A stretch of 64,000 nt of DNA from the human T2T-CHM13v2.0 reference genome, Homo sapiens. This document shows positions 1 to 14,714 of this stretch, one piece after another; position 1 is the stretch's first letter, and every line of letters starts with the position of its first letter. The translations under genes and the position numbers were made by a program. The stretch is from the NCBI RefSeq assembly GCF_009914755.1, contig NC_060928.1. One strand, 5' to 3'. The notes below the pieces were generated by a model. The model worked only from the letters and a program-made list of their open reading frames with translations, searched no databases and had not been told where the DNA came from.

Positions 1-1199
1 TATGCTATGGTATCTATGTATTCTTATCTAAAAGATATGTTTAAATTATTGATTAATCACATTTTTCCTGCCCATTACATACTACATGACTTCATTTTAA
101 AAATGTAAAACACTAACATCACTTCCCAAGACAAAACATAGCAGCATAGTAGTGGGGATCAGATCAGTCCTCGGGGCATACAATGCTGACAGAGCTAGCA
201 ATTATAAAGCTGGCTATGAGGGTGCCTTTGTCAGATGCACATGTTTTCCAGCTAAGATAAATATAAAGCAAAAGATTTGCAAACTTCTTCACTGTGCATG
301 AATACATCTCAAAGCACAGGGACCCAAGTGGCCAGAAAAATAAACTGAAACAAGGCTATGCCCCAGAACATTACTAGGTGTTCATTAATTCCAAGATCTA
401 AAAAGGAAATTTCATCAATTAGACAGCAAAACCCATGCTCAGGAAACAAGAAGCAGGTCATGGTCATTCTCACTGCAGTCTAGCTTTAAACTCTATAGGG
501 TATGGACAGAACAGAGGAGAGAGAGGACACTTAAACTGTTGAAAATATGTTTGTCTCTCACACAAGAAAGCAAGCTTGGAAAAGCACCAAATTTTTATTT
601 TTCAATGAATATAAACACAACTATGTCCACACTTTGCCTCTGTGTTTGCCAGCTGATGAAGATTTTGAAAAACTTACCCTTGAGCTCTGATTAGCAAAGT
701 AGTAAAAATAAAACTCAATCTCATAATAGGTCCTAGATTCAAAATTAGGAAAACACCAGGGATAGCCACCTCATGACTACTAAGTCTTTCAAGTTCCAGG
801 AGAAAGAGCAGACCACACAAAACTCCTTTCCTGTTTTTATTTAGTAAATCAGGAGGCTATTTCTTGAGTCTCGAAATGCAGGAAAGTATCTCTCTAGAAC
901 TCTCTCTCCTTCCCCTCATACTCTGCCATGGAGAAAGTATGAACCCTATTGCACATCTCAGTAAAAAATGGAAATCCTGACAAAGTGACTGTCCCATGAT
1001 AGCTACCTCTATATTAATATAGAAACATGCATATTTTCCAGATGCCCCAAAAGGGGATTCACCTACAAAACTGCCAGGGAAGGTTTCTCCTAAAAGATTC
1101 TGTCTTCTCTGTTGATTATGCCCAACCACACATCAAATTCATCTCTACAATTATCCCATTTTTGTTTTTTCCTTTCTATTTGCTCTATTACAAACTTAG

Positions 1200-1880
<681 letters not shown>

Positions 1881-2452
1881 GCAAGGGAACAGGATGAATC
1901 ATCCACCAAGTCTTAAAGATTTTTGTTCAGAAATGTTCTATTGGCAAAAGACAAACATATGGACATGCTGATTTTCAAGGAGGTAGAGAAGGGCAGAGTT
2001 GCCAGATGCACAATAAAAAGAGAATTAGCATATTGGTGAGCATCCCAAATGCCTACCACACACTAAAATCCTCAGGCATTACATGAAACAGTTTATACTA
2101 AATAGTTAGACATGAATCTAATAAAATACTTTCAAGATTCATATACATAATACTATAAAACATTCCTAAGATACATTTTAAAAGCCTAAATAAATGGAAA
2201 GACTTGCTGTGCTCATTCATTGAAGAGTCAATATTGTTAACAGGTCAATCCTATTCACTTTTTCTATAGATTTACCACATTCCCCCCAAAATTGCAACAT
2301 TTATTTTGTGGAAATTTATGAGCTGATTCCAAAACTTTTATAGAACAGTAAAGTAATTAGTATAGCCAAAACTATTTTTAAAAGGAATATCAAAGTTGGA
2401 TGACCTATACTACCTGATTTTAATATGTATATAAAGCTACAGAAATCAAAGT

Positions 2453-4753
2453 TGGTATGGTTTGGCTGTGTCCCCATAAAAATCTCATCTTGAATTGTAG
2501 TTTCCATAATCCCCACACGTTGTAGGAGGGACCCAGTGGGAGGTAATTAAATGGGGTAGTTACCTTCATGCTGTTCTCATGATAGTGAGTGAGTTCTTGT
2601 GAGAACTGACAGTCTTATAAGGGGCTTTCTCCTCCCTTTGCACATATTTCTCCTTGCTGCCACCATGTGAAGAAGGAAATGTGTGCTTCCCCTTCTGCCA
2701 TAATTGTAAGTTTCCTGAGGCCTCCCCAGCCATGCTGAACTGGGAGTCAATTAAATCTCTTTCCTTTATAAATTACCCAGTCTCAGGCAGTGCTTTATAG
2801 CAGCATGAGAATGGACTAATACAGTAAATTGGTACCACAGCCAGTGGGGTGCTACTGTAAAGATACCTGAAAATGTGGAAGTGATTTTGGAACTGGATAA
2901 CAGGCAGAGGTTAGAACAGTTTAGAGGGCTCAGAAGAAAACAGGAAAATGTGGGGAAGTTTGGAACTTCCTAGAGACTTGTTGAATGACTTTGACCAAAA
3001 TACTGATAGTGATATGAACAATGAAGTCCAGGTTGAGGTGGTCTCAGATGGAGATGAGGAACTTGTTGGGAACTGGAATACAAGTGATTCTTGCTATGCT
3101 TTAGAAAAGAGACTAGTGGCATTTTGCCCCACCCTAGAGATCTGTGGAACTTTGAACTTGAGAGAGATGAATTAGGGTATCTGGTGGAAGAAATTTCTAA
3201 GCAGTAAAGTGTTCAAGAGAAAACAAATCATAAAAGTTTGGAAAATTTGCAGCCTCATGATGTGATAGCAAAAAAAAAAAATTCTAATTTTTCTGGGGAC
3301 AAATTCAAGTCTGCTGCAGAAATTTGCATAATTAATGAGGAATCCAATGTTAATCACCAAGACAATGGGGAACATGTCTCCAGGGCATGTCAGAGACCTT
3401 TACAGCAGCCCCTCCCATCATAGGCCCTGAGGCCTAGGAGGGAAAAATAGCTTTGAGGGCCAGGCCCAGGATCCCCCAACTCTATGCAGCCTCGGGACAT
3501 GGTGCCCTTAGTCCCAGCTGCTACAGCTCCAGCCATGGCTAAAAGGGGCCAAGATACAGCTCAGGCCATTGCTTTAGATGGTGCAAGCCCCAATCCTTGG
3601 TGTCTTACACAAGGTGGTGGGACTGCGGGTGCACAGAAGTCAAGGATTGAGGTTTGAGAATCTCCACCTAGATTCAGAGGATGTATGGAAACACCTGGAT
3701 GTCCAGGCAGAAGTCTGTTGGAGGAGTGGAGCCCTCATTGAGAACCTCTGCTAGGGAAGGGCAGAAGAGAAATGTGAGATTGGAGCCCCCACACAGAGTC
3801 CCCACTGGGGTACTGCCTAGAGGAGCTGTGAGAAGAAGGCCACCTTCCTCCAGATCCCAGAATGGTAGATCCACCAAGAGCTAGCACCATATGCCTAGAA
3901 AAGCCACAGACACCCAACGCCAGCCCATGAAAGCAGCTGGGAGGAGGGCTGTACCCTACAAAGCCATAGGGGTGGAGCTTCCCAAGTCTGTGGGAGCCCA
4001 CCTTCTGCATCAGCATGACCTGGATGTGACACATGGAGTTAGAGAAGATTATTTTGGAACTTTAACGTTTAATGACTACCCTATTGAATTTCAGACTTTC
4101 ATGGGGCCTATAGCCCCTTTGTTTTGGCCAATTTCTCCCATTTGGAAAGGTTTTTTAAAGGCATTATTTACCCAATGCCTGTACCTCCATTGTAAATACA
4201 AAATAACCAACTTGCTTCTGATTTTACAGGCTCATAGGCAGAAGGGACTTGCCTCTTGTTAGATGAGACTTTGGACTTGGACTTTTGTATTAATGAGTTA
4301 ACAAATTGGGGGACTGATGAAAGGGCATGATTGTGTTATGAAATGTGAGGATATGAGATTTGGGAGGGTGCAGGGTCAGAATGATATGATTTGGCTGTGT
4401 CCCCTCCCAAATCTCATCTTCACTTGCAGTTCCCATAATTCTCACATATTGTGGGAGGGACACAGTGGAAGGTAATTGAATCATGGGGGGGGGGGGGTTA
4501 CCCTCATTCTGTTCTCATGACAGTAAGTGAGTTCTCATGAGACATGATAATTTTATAAGGGGTTTCCCTCACTTCACTCATACTTCTTGCCCTAGTGTGA
4601 AGAAGTACATGTTTGCTTCTACTTCTGCCATAATGGTAAGTTTCCTGAGGCCTCCAAAGCCATGCTGAAGTGTGAGTCAATTAAACTTATTTTCTTTATA
4701 AATTGCCCAGTCATGGGCAGTTCTTTATAGCAGCATGAGAACAGACTAATACA
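2453..4753 (+). mobile_element. Complete THE1C/THE1D MaLR provirus (5' LTR 2453-2823, internal 2824-4381, 3' LTR 4382-4753)
   Basis: Two ~370-bp LTRs (tg[g/a]tatg.tttggctgtgtcccc...gactaataca); THE1 internal region starting gtaaattggtacc; 5-bp TSD aaagt at 2448-2452 and 4754-4758. Confidence 0.95.
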
Positions 4754-4814
4754 AAAGTAGTATGTATATTTGTCATAAAAATTAGACATATAGATCAACA
4801 AAATGGAATGAAGC

Positions 4815-5107
4815 AACCAGGCATGGTGGCTTATGCCTATAATCTCCACACTTTAGGAGGCCATAGCAGGCCGATTGCTTGAGTCCAGGAGTTCAACACC
4901 AATCTGGGCAACATGGTAAACCCCGTCTCTATGAAAAAATACAAAAAAATTGGCTGAGCATGCTGGTGCACATCTTTAGTCCCAGCTACCTAGAAGACTG
5001 AGGTGGCAGGATCACCTGAGCTGAGGAGGTTGAAGCTGCAGTGAGGCATGATGATGCCACTGCACCCAAGCCTGGAAAACAGAGTAAGACCCTGTCTCAA
5101 AAAAAAA
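4815..5107 (+). mobile_element. AluJ, full length
   Basis: Diverged Alu dimer with J-type motifs (gattgcttgagtccaggagttc, gaagctgcagtgag) and an A tail. Confidence 0.9.
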
Positions 5108-5606
5108 TGAGGAATCTAGATATAGACACACACAGACATGACAATTTCATTTTAGACAAATGATGCCAAGATAATCCAATAAGGAAGGAATACTCTTTCT
5201 ACAAATAGTGCTGGAGTAATTGGACATTTATATGCCAAAGAGGTAAAAAAAAAAAAAAAAAAAAAAAAACCATGACACTTACTTCCCACTTTATACAAAA
5301 TTTGACTTGAAATGAACTCATAGACCTACAGGCAAGAGCTAAAGTCAGTTTTAAGTAAACTGAAAAAGGAAGAAAAGTGCTAAATCAGACCTCACACATG
5401 TTATATATGTTTGCTCCAAAGGCAGTTAAAAATTGAGATATAGAGAAGAAAAAAATTGCAATTCATATATCTGATAAAAAATTGAATGTAGAATGTATAA
5501 AAACCCTCTTACTACTACAAAAAAAATGAATAAGCAAATGATTTGAACCAACATTTCACAAAAGTAGATATATAGAGGGAAAGGAAACACATAAGAAAAG
5601 ATGCAC

Positions 5607-8600
5607 ACTGCTTCTTTAAGCAGGACCCTGATCCACTCCTCGTAGGGCAAGTCCTCCCAGCCAGGTCCTCCCAGCTGGGGCCTCTGGCCACCCCTGCCCA
5701 TGTTCTCCCTGGGACAGAGTGCCTGAGGGGTGGAGCAGGCCACCATGTTGGTTGTTCAGGCTTCTCAGCCAATCCAGACTGTGGGCCTTGGAGAATCCAA
5801 ACCGATTGGAGACTGAAGAGATCTTCAACACAGCACAGCTGCTCTATCAAAAAGCAGCTGGACTGCTTCTTTAAGCAGGTCCCTGACCCCATTCCTCTTG
5901 ACTGGGTAAGACCTCCCAACCAAGGTCTCCAGCCACCTCCAACAGTCATGTTCAGGCCGGCAATAGGTCAGTAATCCCCTGAGGTGGAGCTTCCAGAGAA
6001 AGGGGCAGGCTGTCATTCTCACTTTTTTGCAGCTTCACTGGTGATACCTCCAGGTACAGGAAACCTGAGGCAACTAGGGTCTGGAGCAGACCCTCAGCAA
6101 ATCGCAGCAGCCCTATGAAAGAGTGGCCAGACTATTAAAAGAAAAACAAACCAACAGAAAATCATAACAACAACAAACCACAAAAACCCCATCCAAATGT
6201 CAGAAACCTAGAAGATCAAAGGTAGATAAGCCCACAAAGATAAGAATTAACACAAAAAATGCTGAAAACTCAAAAATCCAGTGTGCCCCTTTTCTTCCAA
6301 ATGACTGCAACATCTCTCCAGCAAGGGCTCAGAAGTGGGCTGAGGCTAAGATGGATGAAATGACAGAAGTAGGCTCAAGAAGGTGGATAATAACAAAATT
6401 CACAGAGCATGTTGTAAACCAATTCAAAGAAGTTAAGAATTATGATAAAACAATATAGGAGCTGATGGCCAAAACAGCCAGTTCAGAGAGGAACACAACC
6501 AACCTCTGAGAGCTGAAAAACACACAAGAATTTCACAATGCAATCATAAGAATTAATAGCAGAATAAGTTAAGCAGAGGAAAGAATCAGAGCTTGAAGAC
6601 TATCTTTCTGAAATAAGACAGGCAGACAAGAATAGAGAAAAAAGAATGAAAGGGAAGGAACAAAACCTCTGAGAAATATGAGATTATGCAAAGAGACCAA
6701 ATCTATTGCTGATTAGGATACCTGAAAGGGACAGTATGAAAACAAGTTGGAAAACACTTCAGTATATCAACCTGGGGAACTTCCCCAACCTAGCAAGACA
6801 GGCCAATATTTAAATTTAGGAAATCCAGAGAACCCCTGTAAGATACTCCAATGAGAAGATCAACCCAAAGACACATAATTATCAGATTCTCCAAAATCAA
6901 AATGTAAAAAATAAAAATGTTAAGAGCAACCAGAGAGAAAGGCCAGGTCACCTACAAAGGGAAGCCCATCAGACTAACAGTGGATCTCTCAGTGGAAACT
7001 CTACAAGCTAGAAGAGATTAGGGGCCAATATTCACCATTCTTAAAGAGAAGAATTTCCAACCCAAAATTGCATATCCAGTCAAACTAAGCTTCATAAGTG
7101 AAGGATAAATAAGATGCTTTTCAAACAAGCAAATGCTGAGGAAATTTGCTACCATGAGACTGCCTTGCAAGAGCTTCTGAAGGAAGTACTAAACGTGGAA
7201 AGGCAAGATTATTACTAGCCACTACAAAATATACTAAAAAAACAGCCACTACAAAAACACAGTGTATACCCAAAAAACACACAGACCAGTGACACTATGA
7301 AGGAATCACATAAACAAGTCCGCACAATAATCAGCTAGCATCATGATGACAGGATCACATCCACACATAACAATACTAACCTTAAATGTAAATGGGATAA
7401 ATGCCCTCAATTAAAAGACACATTAGTATGCTGTTTTTAAGAAACCCATCTCACATCCAAAGACACACATAGGCTCAAAATAAAGGAATGGAGGAAAATC
7501 TACTAAGCAAATGGAAAACAGAAAAAAGCAAGAGTTGCAATCCTAGTTTCTGAGAAAACAGACTTTAAACCAACAAAGATCAAAAAAGACAAGATGATTA
7601 TATAAGGGTAAAGGGATCAATTCAACAAGAAGAGCTAACTATCCTAAATATATATACACCCAATACAGGAGCACCCAGATTCATAAAGAAAGTTCTTAGA
7701 CATCTTCAAAGAGATCTTGACTCCCACACAATAATGGGAGAGTTTAACCCTTCACTGACAACATTAGACAGATCATCAAGACAGAAAATCAACAAAGACA
7801 TTCAGGACTTGAACTCAGCTCTGGATCAAGTGGACCTGATAGATGTCTACGAACTCTCCACCCAAAACAACAGAATATACATTCTTCTCTTCACCACATG
7901 GCACTTACTCTAAAATTGGTAGCATAATCAGAAGTAAAACACTCTTCAGCAAATGCAAAAGAAATGAACTCATAACAAACAGTCTCAGACCACAAAACAA
8001 TCAAATTAGAACTCAAGATTAAGAAATGTACTCAAAACCATACAACTACATGGAAGCTGAACAACCTGCTCCTGAGTGGCTCTTGGGTAAATAATGAAAT
8101 TAAGGCAGAAATCAAGAAGTTATTTGAAACTAATGAGAACAAAGACATGATGTACCAGAACCTCCGGGAAACAGCTAAGGTCATGTTAAGAAGGACATTT
8201 ATAGCACTAAATGCCCACATCAAAAAGAAAGATCTCAAGTTAACAAGCTAACATCACAACTAAAATAGAGAACCAACAGCAAACAAATCCCAAAGCTAGA
8301 AGAAGGCAAGAAATAACCAAGAGTAGAGCAGAACTAAAGGATTTAGAGAACCAAAAAGCCCGTTGATTCAAAAAAAACCAACGAATCCAAGAGCTGGTTG
8401 TTTGAAAATAATAATAATAAAATAGACTACTGGTTAGACTAACAAGAAGAAAAGAGAGAAGATTCAAAGAAACACAATAAAAACTGATAGGAGGATATCA
8501 CCACTGATCCCACAGAAAAGCAAGCAACTGTCAGAAAATACTATAAACACCTCTATGTACATAAACTAGAAAATCTAGAAGAAATGGATAAATTCCTGGA

Positions 8601-11300
8601 CACACACACCCTCCCAAGACTAATCTGGGAAGAAACTGAATCCCTGAATAGACCAATAACAAGTTCTGAAATTGAGGCAGTAATGAATAGCCTACCAACC
8701 AAAAAAAGCCCAGGACCAGACTGATTCACAGCTGAACTCTACCAGAAGTACAAAGAAAAGCTGATACCATTCCTACTGAAACTATTCCAAAAAATCGAAA
8801 AGGAGGGAGTCCTCCCTAACTCATTCTATGAGGCCAACATCATCCTGATACCAGAACCTAGCAGAGATACCACAAAAAAGAAAACTTCAGGCCAATATCC
8901 TTGATGAACATTGATGCAAAAATCCTCAACAAAATGCTGGCAAGCTGAATCTAGCAGCACATCATATAGCTTATCCACCACAATCAAGTGGACTTCATCC
9001 CTGGGATGCAAGGTTTGTTTAACATATGCAAAACAATAAATGTGATTCATAACATAAACAGATCTAAAGACAAAAACCACATGATTATCTCAATAGATGC
9101 TTCCCTTCATGTTAAAAACTCTCAATAAACTAGATATCGAAGGAACATACCTCAAAATAATAAGAACCACATGGGACAAACCCACAGCCATTATTATACT
9201 GAATGGGCAAAAGTTAGAAACATTCTCTTTGAAAACTGGTATGAGACAAGGATGCCCTCTCTCACCACTCATATTCAACATAGTATTGGAAGTTCTCGAC
9301 AGGGCAATCAGGAAAGAGAAAGAAATACAGCATATTCAAATAGGAAAGGAGGAAGTCAAACTACCTTTGTTTGCAGAAGACATGATCCTATATCTAGAAA
9401 ACACTATCATCTCACCCCAAAAGCTTCTTAAGTTGGTAAGCAACTTTAGCAAAGTCTTAGGACACAAAATCAATGTGCAAAAATCACTAGCATTCCTATA
9501 CATAAACAACAGTTAAGCCAAGTGCCAAATCATGAATGAGGTCCCACTCAAAATTGCCACAAAAAGAATAAAATACCTAGGAATACAGCTCACAGGGGAA
9601 GTGAAAGATCTCTACAAGGAGAACTACAAACCACTGCTCAAAGAAATCAGAGAAGACACAAACAAATGGGGAAATATTTCATGCTCATTGAATTAATATC
9701 GTGAAAATGGCTACACATTGCTCAAAGTAATTTACAGATTCGATGCTATTCCCATTAAACTACCATTGACATTCTTCACAGAATTAGAAAAAACTATTTT
9801 AAAATTCATATGGAACCAAAAATGAGCCCAAAGAGCCAAGACAACCCTAAGCAAAAAGAACAAATCTGGAGGCATCACGCTACCTGACTCCAAACTATAC
9901 TACAGGGCTACAGTAACCAAAACAGCATAGTACTGGTACCAGAACAGACACATAGACGAATGGAACAGAATAGAGTACCCAAAAATAAGACTGTATACAT
10001 ACAAACATCTGATTTTTGACAAACCTGACAAAAACAAGAAATGGGGAAAGGATTACCCATTCAATAAATGGTGATGGGATAACTGGTTAGCTATATGCAG
10101 AAAATTGAAACTGGACCCCTTCCTTACACCTTATACAAAAATCTACTCAAAATGGACTAAAGACTTAAATGTAAAACCCAGAACAATAAAAACCCTAGAA
10201 GAAAATGTAGGCAATACCATTCAGGACATAGGCATGGGCAAAGATTTCATGACAAACACACCAAAAGCAATTTCAACAAAAGCAAAAATTGACAAATGAG
10301 ATTTAATTAAACTAAAGAGCTTCTGCACAGCAAAATAAACTATCATCACAGTGAACAAACAACCTACTGAATAGGAATCAATGTTTGCAATTTATCCATC
10401 TGAAAAAGATCTAATGTCCAGCCTCTATAAGGAACTCAAACAAATTTACAAGAAAAAACAAACAATCCATTTAAAAATGGGCAAAGGACATGAATAGATA
10501 CTTCTCAAAAGAAGACATGCAGCCAATACACATGAAAAAAACCTCAGCATCACTGATCATTAGAGAAATGCAAATCAAAACCACAATGAGATACCATCTC
10601 ACACCTGTCAGAATAGCTATCATTAAAAAGTCAAAACACAACAGATGCTGGTGAGGTTATAGAGAAAAAGGAATGCTTTTACACTGTTGGTGGTAGTGTA
10701 AGTTAATTCACCCATTGTGGAAGATAGTGTGGCAATTCCTCAAAAACCCATAGGCAGAAATACCATTTGACCCAGCAATCCTGTTACTGGGTATATACAC
10801 AAAGGAATATAAATCATTTTATTATAAAGATACATGCACACGTATGCTCATTGCAGCACTATTCACAATAGCAAAGACATTGAATCAATCTAAACATCCA
10901 TTGATGATAGACTTGGTAAAGGAAATGTGCTACATATACACCATGGAATACTATGCAGCCATAAAAAGGAATGAGATCATGTCCTTTGCAGGGACATAGA
11001 TGGAGATAGAGGCCATTATCTTCAGCAAACTAATATAGGAACAGAAAACCAAGTATTTATAAGTGAGAGCTGAATAATGAGAACACGTAAACACATGAGG
11101 GGAACCACACACACTGGGGCCTGTTAGAGGGTCAGAGGGGGACAAGCGAGAGCATCAGGAAGAACAGCTCATGGATGCTGAGCTTAATACATAGGTGATG
11201 TGATGATCTGTGCAGCAAACTACCATGGCACACGTTTACCTATGTAACAAACCTGCACATCCTGCACATGCACCCCTAAACTTAAATTTAAAAAAAGAAA
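5607..11300 (+). mobile_element. Near-full-length old primate LINE-1 (L1PA13-15-like), inactive; ORF1 about 6230-7240, ORF2 about 7345-11070
   Basis: Partial 5'UTR (ctgcttctttaagcagg repeats); ORF1 and ORF2 with many stops; RT segment 9097-9516 ([20 protein letters not shown]...[11 protein letters not shown]); 3'UTR gagagcatcaggaagaacagct...; A tail; degenerate TSD aaaagatgc/aaaagacac. Confidence 0.95.
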
Positions 11301-12751
11301 GTGAAAAAAAGACACTCAACATAGTCTTTAGAGAAATGCTAATTGAAACCACAATGAGATCACTGCCTTTCTACTACAATATCTTTTTTAAAAATCTGAC
11401 AATACCAACCTCTGACGTGGATGTGGAGCAACAGCATTATATGTCTGGTTATAGTGCAAAATGATAACAGCCACTCTGTAAAACAATTTGACAGTTTCTT
11501 ATTAATTGCAACATATACTTACCTTATGACCCAGCAATCCTGCTATTAGGTATTTACCCAAAGTAAATATAAATATATGTCCACACAAATACCCATATGT
11601 GATTTCTCAGAATCATAAAAAATTGGTTACAACCCACTGGTCCATATCTGGTAAAGGGGTACACAAACTATGGCATATCCAGATAATGGAATACTACTAG
11701 GCAATAAAAAGGAAAAATCCTACATGGTTGTATGAGTCCAATTATATAATATTCATGAAAAGCAAAACATTAGGAACAGACATCAGATTAGTAGTTTCCT
11801 GGGAATGACAAGGAGAGGTGGGATTATCTACAAAGATCAGAAGGGATATTTGGAGGATGATAGGAATGGTCTGTAAACTTGACTGAAATGGTAACAACAT
11901 GATGGTGTACATTTGTCAGAACTTATCAAATTGTACAGTTAATAGGGGTAAGTTTTATAATATGTAATTTATACTTCAACAAAGCTTTAGATATATAAAA
12001 GTCTGAAAAATCCAAAGAGCAAAGAACAATTAATTATTAAATCTTAACTTCCCCCCATTCTTCCACAATTTGGGATTTTCACCTTAGAGCAAAATACTTA
12101 ACTCTTTTGCCTATGTATTGGAGAAAATTCCGTAATGAGTTTCTTCACAATGATTAGCATTCGTATCTTGTCCTCCGCCTTGATAACAGACTGGTTAATT
12201 TCACAAAAACAAGCAATTTCCTTTGCTTTAAAGTTCTGCCTGCCCTCTTAAAATCCTGATAGAAGCTGCAAGAGAGAAAAGGATGTCTTTACAAAAACTC
12301 TCTTCCTTCTAATTTTTCAGAAATAAGGTGTACCCAATCCAAAGTTACATTGTTTCTCACACTGTGTTTTCTTTATCCATACTTACTCTTTGATTCACTA
12401 GTTTATTATAGTAGCTTTTCTGTAGAGTGGGACATATCTAACATTTCTGGGGGATGAAAGAAGATAATGGGAATTGTAAGGGCGCTTCCAAATCTTGTAT
12501 TATGTTACTAAGAATATAAACAATGCACCCAAAGATGCTCACCAAAAGTGTTCAATTGAATGAAACCTGAGTTTCATGGTATTGCCAATAAATATTTATT
12601 TGTAAATTAAATGAGCAACTTACCCTCACTCCAACCTATTCCCATAACCTCCCTTATTGGTTTATGTTTAGAGTTTTCTATATCACATTATGTTAAAGGA
12701 AACTTACACTTGCAATCTTACAAAATGTGTTTTAATGGTTCATAAGGCAAG

Positions 12752-12980
12752 AATAATAGTTCACATTTTTGAATGTTTATGCGTTAGACAAGCATTGTTC
12801 CAAGTACTTTAATTTAACCTTCACAAAAAGCTATGAGGCAGATTTTATTATCTTTGTTTTAGAGATTAGGGAATGGAAACACAGAGAAGTTAGGCCATTT
12901 GCCCAAGATCACAGTGCTGTTAAATAGAGGAGTCAGAATTTGAACCTAAACAGTTATGGCTCCTGAATCACCACCTATAA
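12752..12980 (-). mobile_element. MIR SINE
   Basis: Reverse MIR core (gaaacacagagaagttaggccatttgcccaagatcacag...agaatttgaacc). Confidence 0.75.
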
Positions 12981-13213
12981 CTTCAATTCAATATTGTCCT
13001 TCAATGAGAAAGCTGTTAATTATACATGAACACACTTGTTTAAAAACAAATACTTCATGAATACATACCATGTCTTGAATGCCTCTCTAGGGACTGGGAA
13101 AATAACAGTATAACGTTAAATAATACATCTTTTAACTTGCCAATTTCTAAATAAAAAGTTTAAATAATTCGGAAATAAAAGTATGTTTTCAGTATAGATA
13201 TGCCCACAACTAG

Positions 13214-13621
13214 TTTATTAGCCCATTTTTGAGTTACTATAAAGGAATAACTGAGGATGGGAAATTTAGAAAGAAAAGAAGTTTAATTGGCTAACAGTTC
13301 TGCAGGCTTTGCAGGAAGCATGGTACTCACAACTGCTTCTGGTGAGGCCTCAGGAAGCTTATAATCACGGTGTAAGGTGAAGAGGCAGCAGGCATATCAC
13401 ACCGCAAGAGCAGGAGCAAGGCTGGTGGGGAGGTGCCACAAATTTTTAAACAACCAGATTTCATGAGAACTCACTCACTATCACAAGGATAGCACCAAGC
13501 AGCTCATAAGGATAATGGATCTGCCCCATGACACAAACACCTCCCACCAGGCCCCACCTCCAACACTGGGGATTCCATTTCAACATGAGATTTGGAGGGG
13601 ACAAACATCCAAACTAAATCA
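13214..13621 (-). mobile_element. MSTB solo LTR (MaLR)
   Basis: Reverse MST LTR ending catgagatttggaggggacaaacatccaaactaaatca; 5-bp TSD actag at 13209-13213 and 13622-13626. Confidence 0.92.
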
Positions 13622-14679
13622 ACTAGTTTGTGTCCTGAAGTAAATCACTTTACTTATGAGAGCTTTAGGGTTTTTCATCCATGAAATGGGGAGGTTATGT
13701 CAGAAAGTTATTTAAGGTCAATTTGTTTTATCTTCTAACATTAGACTTAAGCCTATGTGGATTGCAAATTCTCATAATTCATAGAAAACTTCTTAGTTTT
13801 CAGTATACTGTCTGTATTTCCAAATCCACATAAATTATGGAGGTGTAAAAGAAACTACAAACTCAGCTAATTTTATATTATTTTATTCTATCGGTTGTTA
13901 TTTTTATCATGACTGTTTCACCCTTTAAGGGGAAGCTATTTCAGTATAATTTTTGAAGTTTTAAGTCTGATTTCTAAATATAGATTGAATTATTCTCTTA
14001 AACTAGTAAAAATGATTTGAAAGAAGGAAGGAATGGAGGAGAAAAGGCATGAAGAGAGAGAAAAAGTGAAAGGAAGAAACTCAGAGCTACTGCTAATGTT
14101 TTATTTGTTTGGCTTTTATTTTTATTGGGGGTGGTAAGGAGGAGGCGGGTTTGGACAGAAGGACAAGATACTTCCTTCTAAAGCTTTCCACATGATGAAG
14201 TTAATTATCATTTCTTCTCTTCAGACATGGATGGCTCCTTCCTAAGAAGTGCCAACATCTGTTGAGAGAGAGAGAACATCTGTTAGGCAAGTGGAGATAT
14301 TGGGAGATAAGCTGCTTACTCAGACAGTTTGGGCATGATGAAGAAATCATAATAAACTGGAAAATTAAGATTAAAATATGGGCATAATTAGTAGTTTTTA
14401 ATGTGCCAAATACTGTATTGCTGAACACATAATTAACGGGGTCAGAAACTCCCAGTGATTGTCAGCAACTCCAGCTCATAGTAGCTCAACATTCTATTCA
14501 GAAACATCTACTAGGTGGTGGGTCACAGGTTTACTCAGGGTAAATGCTTACAAGTGAGCACACACTAAAATGTTGTCAGCTTGTATAAACTCCAGGCACA
14601 GTCCCCTATAACCCAGGTCACTGTGTGTAGACCTGGTCTCAATGTATGGTGCCACTACTTTAAGTTCATATAAATGCGT

Positions 14680-14683
<4 letters not shown>

Positions 14684-14711
<28 letters not shown>
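14684..14711. repeat. (GT)n microsatellite
   Basis: About 14 GT units, read directly. Confidence 0.95.

Positions 14712-14714
<3 letters not shown>

Larger units (their letters stand above)
2130..11986 (+). mobile_element. Ancient L1M (L1ME/MD-like) ORF2 3' half and 3' end, split by younger insertions (pieces about 2130-2452, 4759-4814, 5108-5606, 11301-11986)
   Basis: Collinear decayed L1 motifs: taaatggaaagac, atagccaaaactatttt, aaagctacagaaatcaaa, catatagatcaa, aaatagtgctggagtaattgg, gaaaccacaatgagat, ccttatgacccagcaatcc. Ends tatgtaatttatacttcaacaaagct. Confidence 0.8.

Noticed and set aside
673-735. Possible - strand micro-exon ending at a GTAAGT donor
   Set aside because: An isolated donor consensus is expected by chance; weak acceptor and no recognisable peptide.
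2721-2733. PRDM9 hotspot motif position in the THE1 LTR
   Set aside because: Reads CCTCCCCAGCCAT and misses positions 7 and 13 of CCNCCNTNNCCNC; the 3' LTR copy is more degenerate still.
9097-9516. RT-like, endonuclease-like and ORF1-like ORFs (also 23842, 25252, 26539, 46855)
   Set aside because: Fragments of decayed L1s bounded by stops and frameshifts; no intact coding unit.
14190-14350. Two ATGATGA box-C-like motifs and a repeated aacatctgtt
   Set aside because: No suitably placed box D or terminal stem; too short to support a snoRNA or regulatory call.
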